DNA of 64,000 nucleotides from Candidatus Latescibacterota bacterium (GTDB lineage Bacteria > Latescibacterota > UBA2968 > UBA8231), in the NCBI GenBank assembly GCA_965208105.1, contig OZ242318.1:1216001-1280000 (forward strand), written 5' to 3'. The stretch's first letter is position 1. Each line of letters starts with the position of its first letter. This document shows, one piece after another, positions 1-8,347 of this stretch. The notes under the pieces are model-generated. The model worked only from the letters and a program-made list of their open reading frames with translations, made no database searches and was not told the origin of the DNA. The position numbers were made by a program, and so were the translations under genes.

Positions 1-1631
1 TCGGGCGTGCTCGCCGGACCGAGCTCCTCGACCGCGGTCATGCTGCTCAACCTGCCGGTGAAGATCCCGTGGGGGATATAAATCAGCATCCCGCTGCCCT
101 CACTGGTCCGTTCGGTCGGGGTGGCGATGTCGACACCGGTGGCGGGATACATGCCGTCGTACTTGCCGCTGCCGTCCCCGATCAGGCGGATGTGCTTGAG
201 GGTGCTGCCGTAGTAGTAGGGACCCAGCTCCGGCTCGAAGGTGTGGAAGAACAGACCGGTGCCGTCGCGGCCGAAGGCCCCGAAGTTGTAGCCGATCTGG
301 TTGTGCTGATCGATGGCTATGGACATCTTGCCCGTGGGATGGGCGTCCATGGACACGGTCACCGCGTTGCTGCCAGCGGCGTGCGAGGCGACCCCCAGCT
401 CCTCGGCGGCCTCGGCGGAGAGCCAGTCCTTGATGCCGTCGCCGGTGGTGTTGCACCACTTGACGTTGCCGTCGTGGTCGGTGTGCACGAAGTGGTCGGT
501 GGCGTGGTCGGTCATCCAGATCCCGTTGTCGTTCACCGCGAAGATCGAGATGCCCACTTGAGCGATGCTCTGATTGCCTTCGTCGTCCGTGTCGACGCGA
601 TGGAACCAGTCGAGCATGTCGTTGAACCTGGTCATTTCTCCCGAGGTCTTGTCATAGACTTCGATGCCGATCAAGAGAGGGTCGCCGTTCCTGGTGCCGC
701 TGTAGACGCTGTTCTGGTGCGGAATAACCCACCAGGTGCTGCCGCGGTCGGCGCCCTGGCCCTCGTCGCCGTAGGAGGTGTCGAGATCCAGGGTCTTGGC
801 GGCGTCGTTGCGCTTCAGCTTGAGGATGCCGGTGGTGGTGCCCAGGTTTTCGTTGGCGCTGCTGCGGCTGCTCCATTGCACGCTCGGATCCATGTCGTCC
901 GGGCGGTTGCCGCTTGCGTTGTTCTCCTCCTGGGGATCGAAAGCGGTGATGGTCCACTGCTCGTAGGCGGTGGGATTGGCGACGTAGTCGCGGTCCACGG
1001 TGCCGAAGTAGCAGACGTTGGGCGGCGTTTCCTGGTAGGGCGACCAGGTCTCCGGAGGATCGACGTTGGTGTCCACCGAGTGCTGGCCCCAGGCGCCGGA
1101 GTGGCCGGTGCCCACCAGGTTGGCCTCGAAGTCGTTGAAGGCGATGACGTCGTACTCGTAGTCTCCCGCCCCGGCCGCGCTGCCGTCCCAGGCGGTTCCG
1201 TCCCAGGTCCAGCTGTTGCTGCCGGCCTCGAGGTTCATCACCGGAGAGTGATTGACGTATTGCGGCTGCGGCGCCACCCTGATCCATGCGCCGTGGGGGC
1301 CGGTTTTGCCGGTATGGGTGGAGTTCATGTCGTAGATCACCACGGTGACGCGGGCGCGCTGGTTCAGCTCGAAGGGAATGGCCACCGAGCCCGAGCCGCC
1401 GTAGGCCACGTCGGGGGTGGTCACGACCATGCGGTTGAATACGCCGAGGCCGCTGCGGTCGGGGGCCTTCCAGGTGCCGCCCCCGTCGAGGAACAGGCCG
1501 CCGCGGGACTCCGCGTAGGTTCCCGCCGCTCCCCCTGGCAATCCGTACTGCCCGGTCCAGGTCTCGCCCCAGGCCGAGCCCGCCACCAGAAGCAGGCCGG
1601 CGCTGAGCATACTGGTCAAGATCTTCTGCAT
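1..1631 (-). CDS. Secreted FlgD-Ig-like domain protein, paralogue of 19062-20990; 3' end runs off the window
   Basis: Absent from the ORF track because there is no stop in the window. Manual translation from ATG 1631 (RBS GAGGAG upstream) gives MQKILTSMLSAGLLLVAGSAWG (signal peptide), then GGSGSVAIPF, WTWDGTAWDGSAAGAGDYEYDV, DYVANPTAYEQW, FGRDGTG and GMLIYIPHG..TAVEELGPASTP, colinear with the 642-aa ORF. The C-terminal sorting domain is expected beyond base 1. Confidence 0.9.
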   Translation of the reverse strand, partial: MQKILTSMLSAGLLLVAGSAWGETWTGQYGLPGGAAGTYAESRGGLFLDGGGTWKAPDRSGLGVFNRMVVTTPDVAYGGSGSVAIPFELNQRARVTVVIYDMNSTHTGKTGPHGAWIRVAPQPQYVNHSPVMNLEAGSNSWTWDGTAWDGSAAGAGDYEYDVIAFNDFEANLVGTGHSGAWGQHSVDTNVDPPETWSPYQETPPNVCYFGTVDRDYVANPTAYEQWTITAFDPQEENNASGNRPDDMDPSVQWSSRSSANENLGTTTGILKLKRNDAAKTLDLDTSYGDEGQGADRGSTWWVIPHQNSVYSGTRNGDPLLIGIEVYDKTSGEMTRFNDMLDWFHRVDTDDEGNQSIAQVGISIFAVNDNGIWMTDHATDHFVHTDHDGNVKWCNTTGDGIKDWLSAEAAEELGVASHAAGSNAVTVSMDAHPTGKMSIAIDQHNQIGYNFGAFGRDGTGLFFHTFEPELGPYYYGSTLKHIRLIGDGSGKYDGMYPATGVDIATPTERTSEGSGMLIYIPHGIFTGRLSSMTAVEELGPASTP

Positions 1632-1686
1632 TTCAATTCTCCTCTATGAAATGGATGAACGGAATTGCATCGACAAAGCGCGTCTC

Positions 1687-1730
1687 GACGTCTTCGCGGG
1701 GAACCTCACCTCCTTTGGCGAAAGAACGTC
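1687..1730 (-). promoter_or_regulatory. Leader stem-loop with AAAGGAGGUG in a 20-nt loop (copy 1)
   Basis: Minus strand reads GACGUUCUUUCGC-[CAAAGGAGGUGAGGUUCCCC]-GCGAAGACGUC, about 76 nt upstream of ATG 1631. The same architecture occurs at 21057-21098. Confidence 0.55.
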
Positions 1731-1825
1731 CGATGGGTGTTGGCGGAATTCCTCCATTATAAATAACCTCGTATAAAACAAGGAGTTAATCTCTCAATGA
1801 TGCCTCATTTTGCCGAGGGAAGGTT

Positions 1826-1855
1826 AATATATGAAAATAAGGCGCCGTAAGTCAA
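1826..1855 (-). promoter_or_regulatory. Putative sigma70-type promoter of the 1631 gene
   Basis: Minus strand TTGACT-N18-TATATT in an AT-rich intergenic region. Confidence 0.45.
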
Positions 1856-1896
1856 TCTTTAACCGGAAGCCGGAGCCAGGCCTATCCCGGCCGCCT

Positions 1897-3609
1897 TCAA
1901 TCCTCTGCCGCGGCGGCCCCGCTGCCCTGCCGCAGAGTGACCGTGCGGCCGCCCTCGAACGCACCGAAGCTCTCGCTGGGACCACCGGGCCAGCGCACCA
2001 CCACCTCGGAGGCCCCCCCTGCGGCGCCCAGCCCCACGTGAATGCGCGGATCGTTGGCGGCGAGGTAGCTGTAGGCCGTCCTGACTTCGCGGGTCTTTTG
2101 GGCATCCCCCACGGCAAAGGTGACGACCGCCCCCAGGGCGTCGCCGCCGCGCTCGTTGAGCACCCGGAAGGCAATCCACCCGCCCCTGGCGGGGGCCCGG
2201 TTGAGCAGTAGGTGGGCGGGCGCGTCGCGGTTGACCACCAGCACGTCGATGCCGCCGTCGTCGTCCACGTCGCCGAAGGCCGCCGCCCGGCTCGTCGCCA
2301 CCAGGAGCTCGGAGGTCCCACCCCGGGGGAAGACCTCCTCGAATCGTCCGTCCGGCATGCCCTTCAACAGCAGGTTGGGCTCGGCGAAGGGGTCCCCTGC
2401 CCCCACCTTGGAGCTGCCGCGATCGATGCGGCCGTTGGCGGCGTAGAGATCGAGCCGTCCATCGTTGTCGAAATCGAGGATCCCCACACCGAAGCGGGTG
2501 TAGAGATGGCTGCCCCAGGCCAGTCCAGCCGCCGCGGTGGCATCGGTGAAATAGGTCCCCTGGTTGCGGTAGAAGGAATCGGTCTCCGACTCCAGGTTGA
2601 CCACCAGGAGGTCGAGGGTTGCGTTGTCGTCCACGTCGACCGCGCTGACCCCCATTCCGGCCTTGGCTATGCCGCTTTCGTCCAGGGCGCACCCGCGCAG
2701 CAGCGCCTCGTCGGCGAGGGTGCCGTCGCCGCGGTTCATCCACAGCTGGTTCATCATGCTGTCGTTGGCCACGAAGATATCGGTGCGCCCGTCCCCGTCG
2801 AAATCGCCGCACACCACCCCCAGGCCGTTGCCGAATGCCGCATCCAGTCCGGCTGTTGCCGACACGTCGTCGAAGGTCCCGTCCCCGTTGTTGCGATAGA
2901 GGAGGTCGCGGGCCGGGGCGTTGTAGTCCCGGGGGCTGCAGTAATCCGGTCCACCGAGGGAGTTGGCGCACTCCTTCCTGCCTTCCAGGGTCCAGTCGAT
3001 GTAGTTGGCCGCGAACAGGTCCAGGTCCCCATCCCCGTCGTAGTCCAGGAAAGCCGCCCCCGCTCCCCAGCTCCGGTCCCCCACCCGCGCCGGCGCGGTG
3101 ACGTCGGTGAAGCTTCCCTGGCCGTCGTTTTGCAGCAGGGCGTCGGCGCCCAAGTTGGTGACGTACAGGTCGGTGTCGCCGTCGCCGTCGTAGTCACCCG
3201 AGGCCACCCCCATGCCATAGCCCCCGTCTCCGCTTCCGCTGCCGGCGGTCGCGTTCTCGAAGCGGCCGGACCCGTCGTTGCGATAGAGCTGGTTGAAGTG
3301 CCTGGGCGCGCCCTTCAGGCTTCCCCCCTGCACCAGGTAGGCGTCCAGGTCGCCGTCGCCGTCCATGTCGAAGAGGGCCGCGCCCCCCGCCATGATCTCC
3401 GGCATCAGGTAGTGTTCGCCGTGTCCCGACTCGTGGACGAAGTCTATGCCCCGCTCCATGGCGGCTTCCCGGAACCAGGGCTCGGTACCATCCCGGGGGG
3501 GAGCCGTTCCTGCGGAATCGGGACCGGGCTTCTCGCCGCCATTGCAGCCCATTGACAGCAGCCCGGCCGCCACCGCGGGCAACCATGGAACGACGGAGGC
3601 AATGGTCAT
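1897..3609 (-). CDS. CRTAC1-like FG-GAP repeat / ASPIC-UnbV lipoprotein
   Basis: Repeated D-x-D-G-D-G-D-x-D motifs with LYRNxGxGxFxD; C-terminal SYLAANDPRIHVGLG..VRWPGG (ASPIC/UnbV); lipobox-like LLSMGC. Confidence 0.9.
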   Translation of the reverse strand: MTIASVVPWLPAVAAGLLSMGCNGGEKPGPDSAGTAPPRDGTEPWFREAAMERGIDFVHESGHGEHYLMPEIMAGGAALFDMDGDGDLDAYLVQGGSLKGAPRHFNQLYRNDGSGRFENATAGSGSGDGGYGMGVASGDYDGDGDTDLYVTNLGADALLQNDGQGSFTDVTAPARVGDRSWGAGAAFLDYDGDGDLDLFAANYIDWTLEGRKECANSLGGPDYCSPRDYNAPARDLLYRNNGDGTFDDVSATAGLDAAFGNGLGVVCGDFDGDGRTDIFVANDSMMNQLWMNRGDGTLADEALLRGCALDESGIAKAGMGVSAVDVDDNATLDLLVVNLESETDSFYRNQGTYFTDATAAAGLAWGSHLYTRFGVGILDFDNDGRLDLYAANGRIDRGSSKVGAGDPFAEPNLLLKGMPDGRFEEVFPRGGTSELLVATSRAAAFGDVDDDGGIDVLVVNRDAPAHLLLNRAPARGGWIAFRVLNERGGDALGAVVTFAVGDAQKTREVRTAYSYLAANDPRIHVGLGAAGGASEVVVRWPGGPSESFGAFEGGRTVTLRQGSGAAAAED

Positions 3610-5006
3610 CGCTGCGCACCTTCCGGGGCCCGCGATTGCCGCGCCTCCTTCAGGAGGCCGGCGATTCGCGCCGATCCGGGGTCGAGAACAGCAGCCCGTT
3701 CCAGCGCCGCCACGGCTTCGTCCGAATCGCCAAGCTGCAGCGCCGCCTCTCCGATTCCCATCAGGGCGGGCGCAAGGTTCGAGTCGACCTCGGCCGCCCG
3801 ATGAAAGCTGGCCAGCGCATCCTCCCAGCTCCCGGCCCTGGATTGGCTCCGGCCCAGGCGCAGCAGCAGCGAGGAATTGCGCGGACCGTAGATCAGGCCC
3901 TGCTCGAATGCCTCGATGGCCTCCGGGTACCTTCCCATGGTGGCCAGGACGGCGCCCCTTCCCTCGTAGGCTCCCTGCCGCTCCGGATCCAGTTCCAGAA
4001 CGCGGTCCAGGTGCTCCAGCGCCCTCGCCGGATCTTCCAGCCCCGCGTAGAGAGACGCCACGGCGAGCTGCAGGTCAGCATCATCCGGACGTATCTGCGC
4101 CGCTGCCTTGAAGGCCTCCAGCGCCTTCTCGTGCAGCCGCTGCTTCTGGAAGACCACCCCCAGTTTCTTGAGCACCCCCGCATGGTCCGGGTATTGACGC
4201 CGCAGTTTTTGCAGCAGCACCCCGGCAGCATCCAGCCTTCCCGCATCGACCAGTCCGGCGGCCCTGGTGAACTCGGCCAGCAAGCCGGTGCGGTAGAATT
4301 GAACCTCCTCGTCCCATTCGTCCCTCAGTACGGGACCTCCCCCGTCGCCGCGCCGCAGCTCCGATTTAGCCTCTTCCCAGCGTCCCAGCCGGCGGTACGC
4401 CGTTCCCAGGAGCAGGTGGGTGTAGGCGTAGTCCGTTGGCTTGCCGGCAAGACCAGCCAGGACCCGGACAGCCTGACCGGGCCGATCCTGCTGCAGCAGC
4501 ACCCGCGCCAGCCCCCAGCTCCCGGCCGGGTCCCCGGGGTCCACGGCGATGGCCCGCTCGAAGGAGCGCCTCGCCGCGTCCAGCGCTCCCTGGTCCAGAT
4601 GCCAGAACCCCAGGCGCCAGTGCAGCGGGGCGTAGCCGGACTCCAGGTCGATGGCGCGACCCATGGCCGCCATGGCCGCGGTCCGGCCCCCCAGCCGCAT
4701 CTCGACCCGGGCCAGGCGGTACCACCACCGCGGCCGGTCGGGATCGATGGCCAGGGCCCTGCGGTAGCTGGCGAGAGCGAGGCTGTCCAGGTCGTTGGCC
4801 TCGTAGACGTAGCCCAGTCGCATCCAGCGCCCCGGGGCGCCAGGGTCGGCGGCGACCGCCTCGATATTCTTCTCTACCAGGGCGACGATGGCCGGGTCCC
4901 TGCCCTCCAGGCCGGCCGGCAGATCGAAGTCTCCGCTGCGGGAATGCCGGAGAAAAAAGAAGGCAGCGGCAATGGCCGCCGCCGCCAGCAACAAAATCAG
5001 GCGCAT
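3606..5006 (-). CDS. Tetratricopeptide repeat protein with N-terminal membrane anchor or signal peptide
   Basis: Many TPR units (A..YRRALAIDP, LG..Y...G...EA). Probable start ATG 5006 (MRLILLLAAAAIAAAFFF). Overlaps the downstream FG-GAP gene by 4 bp. Confidence 0.88.
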   Translation of the reverse strand: MRLILLLAAAAIAAAFFFLRHSRSGDFDLPAGLEGRDPAIVALVEKNIEAVAADPGAPGRWMRLGYVYEANDLDSLALASYRRALAIDPDRPRWWYRLARVEMRLGGRTAAMAAMGRAIDLESGYAPLHWRLGFWHLDQGALDAARRSFERAIAVDPGDPAGSWGLARVLLQQDRPGQAVRVLAGLAGKPTDYAYTHLLLGTAYRRLGRWEEAKSELRRGDGGGPVLRDEWDEEVQFYRTGLLAEFTRAAGLVDAGRLDAAGVLLQKLRRQYPDHAGVLKKLGVVFQKQRLHEKALEAFKAAAQIRPDDADLQLAVASLYAGLEDPARALEHLDRVLELDPERQGAYEGRGAVLATMGRYPEAIEAFEQGLIYGPRNSSLLLRLGRSQSRAGSWEDALASFHRAAEVDSNLAPALMGIGEAALQLGDSDEAVAALERAAVLDPGSARIAGLLKEARQSRAPEGAQR

Positions 5007-5161
5007 GGCACCTGTCCTTCGCTCAGGGAATGGTATTTTCGCTGCCGCACGGGTCCATGGAGGGCTGAAGATAGCGGCTCCCCCATTACTTGACAACCGC
5101 TGCAGCCGCCCTACCTTCTGGCCCGGTATCAAGGGCAACTCACCTTCCGGATCCACCCCCG

Positions 5162-6937
5162 ATGAACCCGACCGGCACATATAGAAGCAGGGGCGCGCGA
5201 CCTTCAGCGCGGCACCTTCGCGGGGTGCTGGTGCTGGGGTTGCTGATCCCTTCCTTCGGCGCACCCGGCGCCGAACCGGCGCCGCGCTTCAACGACCTCA
5301 CCCACCAGGCCGGATTGGCCTTCCGCAACTGGTACGGGGACAGCAACGCCAAGACCATCCTGGAGACCACGGGCTCGGGGGCCGCCTTCTGCGATTTCGA
5401 CGGCGACGGCGACCTCGATCTCTACATCGTCAACGGGGCCGTGGGCTTCGATCACCCGCGCCTGCGCGACCTGCCCCACGACGTCAGGCCCCCCGCAGAC
5501 GGCAGCACCCCGCGCAACGCCCTCTTCCGCAACAATGGCGACGGCACCTTCGAAGACGCCACCGCGGAAGCCGGCGCCGGACACACGGGCTGGGGCGCCG
5601 GCTGCGTCTGCGGCGACTACGACAACGACGGCGACCGCGATCTCTACGTCACCTACTACGGCCCCAACCTCCTCTACCGCAACAACGGGGACGGCACCTT
5701 CGCAGAGGTCGGCGCCGGGGCGGGAGTGGACCACGGAGGTTACGGCCAGTCCGCCGCCTTCGGCGACTACGACGGCGACGGCCACCTCGACCTCTACGTG
5801 ACCAACTACCTGGAATTCGACCCGGGGACCGCCATCCTCCCCGGCGAGCGCCGCGGCGACTTCTTCGGCCACATGCGCGGCATCCCCACCATGGCCGCGC
5901 CTGAAGCCCACGATCCTTCCCCGGACATCCTCTACCGCAACAACGGCGACGGAACCTTCGAGGACGTCAGCGCCGGAGCGGGAATCAACCACCAGCTCGG
6001 CCGCGGCATGGGTGCGGTGTTCTGGGACTACGACGACGACGGCGACCAGGACATCTACGTGGCCAACGACGCCAGCGCCAATCTGCTCTACACCAACAAC
6101 GGCGACGGGACCTTCGAGGAGAACGGGGCCCGCATGGAGGTCGCCTTCGACGCCGACGGCAGCGCCGAGGGCAGCATGGGGCTGGCCTCCGGGGACTTCG
6201 ACAACGACGGACGCCAGGACATGGTGGTGACCAATTTCGAGGTGCAGACAACCACCCTGCACCGCAACGAGGTGAGCTACTTCGCCGATGTTTCCATCGA
6301 ATCCGGGGTCGGACTGTCCACCATTGCTCCCATGCAGTGGGGCGCCATCCTGTTCGACTACGACAACGACGGGGACCAGGACCTCTACCTCGCCAGCGGA
6401 CACCTCACCTCGGCCCTGGAGGACTACTACCCCCAGTCGAGCTTCGCCCAGAAGAACCAGCTCTTTCGCAACACCGGCGGGGGCAGCTTCGAGGAGGTTA
6501 CCAACCGGGCGGGAGACGGGCTCAAGGTCATCAAATCGAGCCGCGGCGTGGCCAGCGGCGACTACGACGGCGACGGGGACGAAGACCTCTTCGTGGTCAA
6601 CAAGAACGATTTCCCCACCCTGCTGCGCAACGACACCGAAAGCTCCAACCACTGGCTCATGCTGCGCACCCGGGGCGCTCGGAGCAACCGCGACGGCGTC
6701 GGCGCCAGGGTGCGGGTGGTCAGCGCCGGCCTGTCCCAGGTCAAGGAGGTCCGCGCCGGCTCCAGCTATCTGTCGCACAACAGCCTGTGGCTGGCCTTCG
6801 GCCTCGGCGCCGAGAGCCATGTGGATACGGTGGAGGTGCGCTGGCCCAGCGGCCTGGTGCAGAGGTTCACCGAGGTGCCGGGGAACCGCTATCTGCTGGT
6901 GGAGGAGGGGGAGGAGCCGGTGGAGGCGGGACCCTGA
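5162..6937 (+). CDS. CRTAC1-like FG-GAP repeat / ASPIC-UnbV protein
   Basis: FG-GAP motifs (GDYDNDGDRDLYV, FGDYDGDGHLDLYV) and C-terminal GSSYLSHN..FGLG..VEVRWPSG. Start placed at ATG 5162, because the TTG at 5090 looks like a TTGACA -35 box. Confidence 0.9.
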   Translation: MNPTGTYRSRGARPSARHLRGVLVLGLLIPSFGAPGAEPAPRFNDLTHQAGLAFRNWYGDSNAKTILETTGSGAAFCDFDGDGDLDLYIVNGAVGFDHPRLRDLPHDVRPPADGSTPRNALFRNNGDGTFEDATAEAGAGHTGWGAGCVCGDYDNDGDRDLYVTYYGPNLLYRNNGDGTFAEVGAGAGVDHGGYGQSAAFGDYDGDGHLDLYVTNYLEFDPGTAILPGERRGDFFGHMRGIPTMAAPEAHDPSPDILYRNNGDGTFEDVSAGAGINHQLGRGMGAVFWDYDDDGDQDIYVANDASANLLYTNNGDGTFEENGARMEVAFDADGSAEGSMGLASGDFDNDGRQDMVVTNFEVQTTTLHRNEVSYFADVSIESGVGLSTIAPMQWGAILFDYDNDGDQDLYLASGHLTSALEDYYPQSSFAQKNQLFRNTGGGSFEEVTNRAGDGLKVIKSSRGVASGDYDGDGDEDLFVVNKNDFPTLLRNDTESSNHWLMLRTRGARSNRDGVGARVRVVSAGLSQVKEVRAGSSYLSHNSLWLAFGLGAESHVDTVEVRWPSGLVQRFTEVPGNRYLLVEEGEEPVEAGP

Positions 6938-8036
6938 GAGGGGCGCCCGGGGACTCCCCCATGGACTGCAGCATCTTGTAGGCCAAGCGCTGCAGGTAGT
7001 CGTCGTCGCCGGCGCGCACGATCTCGCGGAAATGTTCAACGGCTCCAGCCCTGTCTCCCTGCTCCATGAGCAGGGTGGCCAGGCCGAAGCGCGGTCCGGC
7101 GAAGTCGGGCTTTATGCTTATGGCCTGGCGGTACTGGCGCACCGCTCCTTCCACGTCACCCTGCTGGTAGAGGATGGCGGCCAGGTTGTTGCGGGCCCGG
7201 TAGTGGCCCGGGTCGATGCGAATTGTCTGGCGCAGCATTCCAACCGCGGCCTCCACCTTCCCCTGCTCTTTGAGCGCCAGGGCCAGGTTGTAGCGCGCGT
7301 TGGCATGGCCGGGGTTGAGTCGGACGGCAGTGCGGTAGTGCCCAACGGCTTCGTCCACCGCGCCCAGATCCCTCAGCAAGTGGGCCAGTAGATAGTGCGC
7401 CCGGCGGTGGTCCGGTTCCAACCGGAGGGCGTTGCGCAAGGCCTTCTCGGCCCCCTCCAGGTCTCCCTGGTCCCTGAGCACGTTGCCCAGGTTGCTGTGG
7501 GCGTCGGCATGTCCCGGAAGGAGACGGATGATCTCCCGGTACTGGAAAGCCGCGCTGTCCAGGTGTCCCTGCCCGAAGAGGACGAAGCCCAGATTGGTGC
7601 GCGCCTTGCTGTTGTCCGGGTCGAGGCCGAGGACCCGGCGGTAGGCCCGCTTCGCCCCCTCCGCGTCCCCCTTTCCATCCAGGGCCACTCCCAGGTTGTA
7701 CCAGGCGTCGACATAGCTCGAATCGAGGCCGATGGCCTGCCGGTAGGCCGCGATGGCGCGGTCCGCATCCCCCTCCCTGAAGAACAGGGCGCCGAGGCTG
7801 TAGTAGGCCGGAGCGTACTCGGGGTCGAGGCGGAGGGCGTGGCGCAGGGCCTGCAGGGCGCCGGTCTTGTCGCCCCGTTGGTAGAGAGCGATGCCGCGCT
7901 GGTGGTAGGACTCGGCGGTCTGCAGGTCGAAGCGAGGTCCCTCCGCCGGGCTGACCTTGCCGCCTCCACCGCGGTTGTCGGAACACCCCAGGCCGCCCAG
8001 CGTACTGACAAGGAGAACCAAGGTCAACAGGGTCAT
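6867..8036 (-). CDS. TPR lipoprotein
   Basis: Regular TPR array (AYYSLG, AWYNLG, ARTNLG, AHSNLG, ARYNLA). Start ATG 8036 gives MTLLTLVLLVSTLGGLGC (lipobox). The 3' end overlaps the convergent FG-GAP gene. Confidence 0.88.
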   Translation of the reverse strand: MTLLTLVLLVSTLGGLGCSDNRGGGGKVSPAEGPRFDLQTAESYHQRGIALYQRGDKTGALQALRHALRLDPEYAPAYYSLGALFFREGDADRAIAAYRQAIGLDSSYVDAWYNLGVALDGKGDAEGAKRAYRRVLGLDPDNSKARTNLGFVLFGQGHLDSAAFQYREIIRLLPGHADAHSNLGNVLRDQGDLEGAEKALRNALRLEPDHRRAHYLLAHLLRDLGAVDEAVGHYRTAVRLNPGHANARYNLALALKEQGKVEAAVGMLRQTIRIDPGHYRARNNLAAILYQQGDVEGAVRQYRQAISIKPDFAGPRFGLATLLMEQGDRAGAVEHFREIVRAGDDDYLQRLAYKMLQSMGESPGAPLRVPPPPAPPPPPPADSGSPAPR

Positions 8037-8040
8037 CCAG

Positions 8041-8200
8041 TGTCCCTTCGCGGAGACAGGTCGACAAAATTGAGCCGCTGAGGCGCCCGGCCCACAAGGC
8101 GTCTCAGGGAGTCGTACCTGTGGTGTACGGCGAGTGAAGGCAACGCCGTGAGCCGGGATGGATCGGCGGAAGAATGGCGGCATATCTCTGCGACGGGACA
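8041..8200. mobile_element. 160-bp MITE-like palindromic element, copy 1
   Basis: Terminal inverted repeats TGTCCCTTCGCGGAGA / TCTCTGCGACGGGACA, flanked on both sides by CCAG. By manual count 142/160 nt are identical to 35336-35495. Confidence 0.8.
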
Positions 8201-8347
8201 CCAGATTACTATAGGGGGCAGGGAGCCAACTTGCAAGGAAGGCAGGAGCCGCGGCTCCCATCCCTGCCGGCTATGAGGTTGCCCTCCGGCGCCGTTGAGC
8301 GGATTCACAAGTCCCGGCCCCTCCATATCTTTCTGAAAGGATACCTC

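Noticed and set aside
69-1649. 526-aa plus-strand ORF, and similar long ORFs such as 5204-7039, 9415-11373, 16974-19082, 19083-21137 and 27952-30630
   Set aside because: These are antisense shadows of real genes. Strong GC3 bias removes stops on the opposite strand, and the translations are V/G/A/H-rich with no motifs.
1645-1758. Possible 37-aa uORF (MEEFRQHPSDVLSPKEVRFP...) in the leader of the first gene
   Set aside because: It has no RBS, its ATG overlaps a TATAAT box, and the paralogue leader has no equivalent peptide. The RNA structure explains the shared sequence better.
1897-6937. Enediyne biosynthetic cluster suggested by the UnbV domains
   Set aside because: There is no PKS or other enediyne cassette gene, and ASPIC/UnbV proteins are widespread outside such clusters.
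8037-8347. N-terminal extensions of the TPR ORF (to 8261) and the nucleoside hydrolase ORF (from 8174)
   Set aside because: They run through the repeat element and promoter region. The downstream starts give a lipoprotein signal and a proper RBS. The same reasoning trimmed ORFs starting at 5264, 15093, 30906, 32258, 54246 and 56089.
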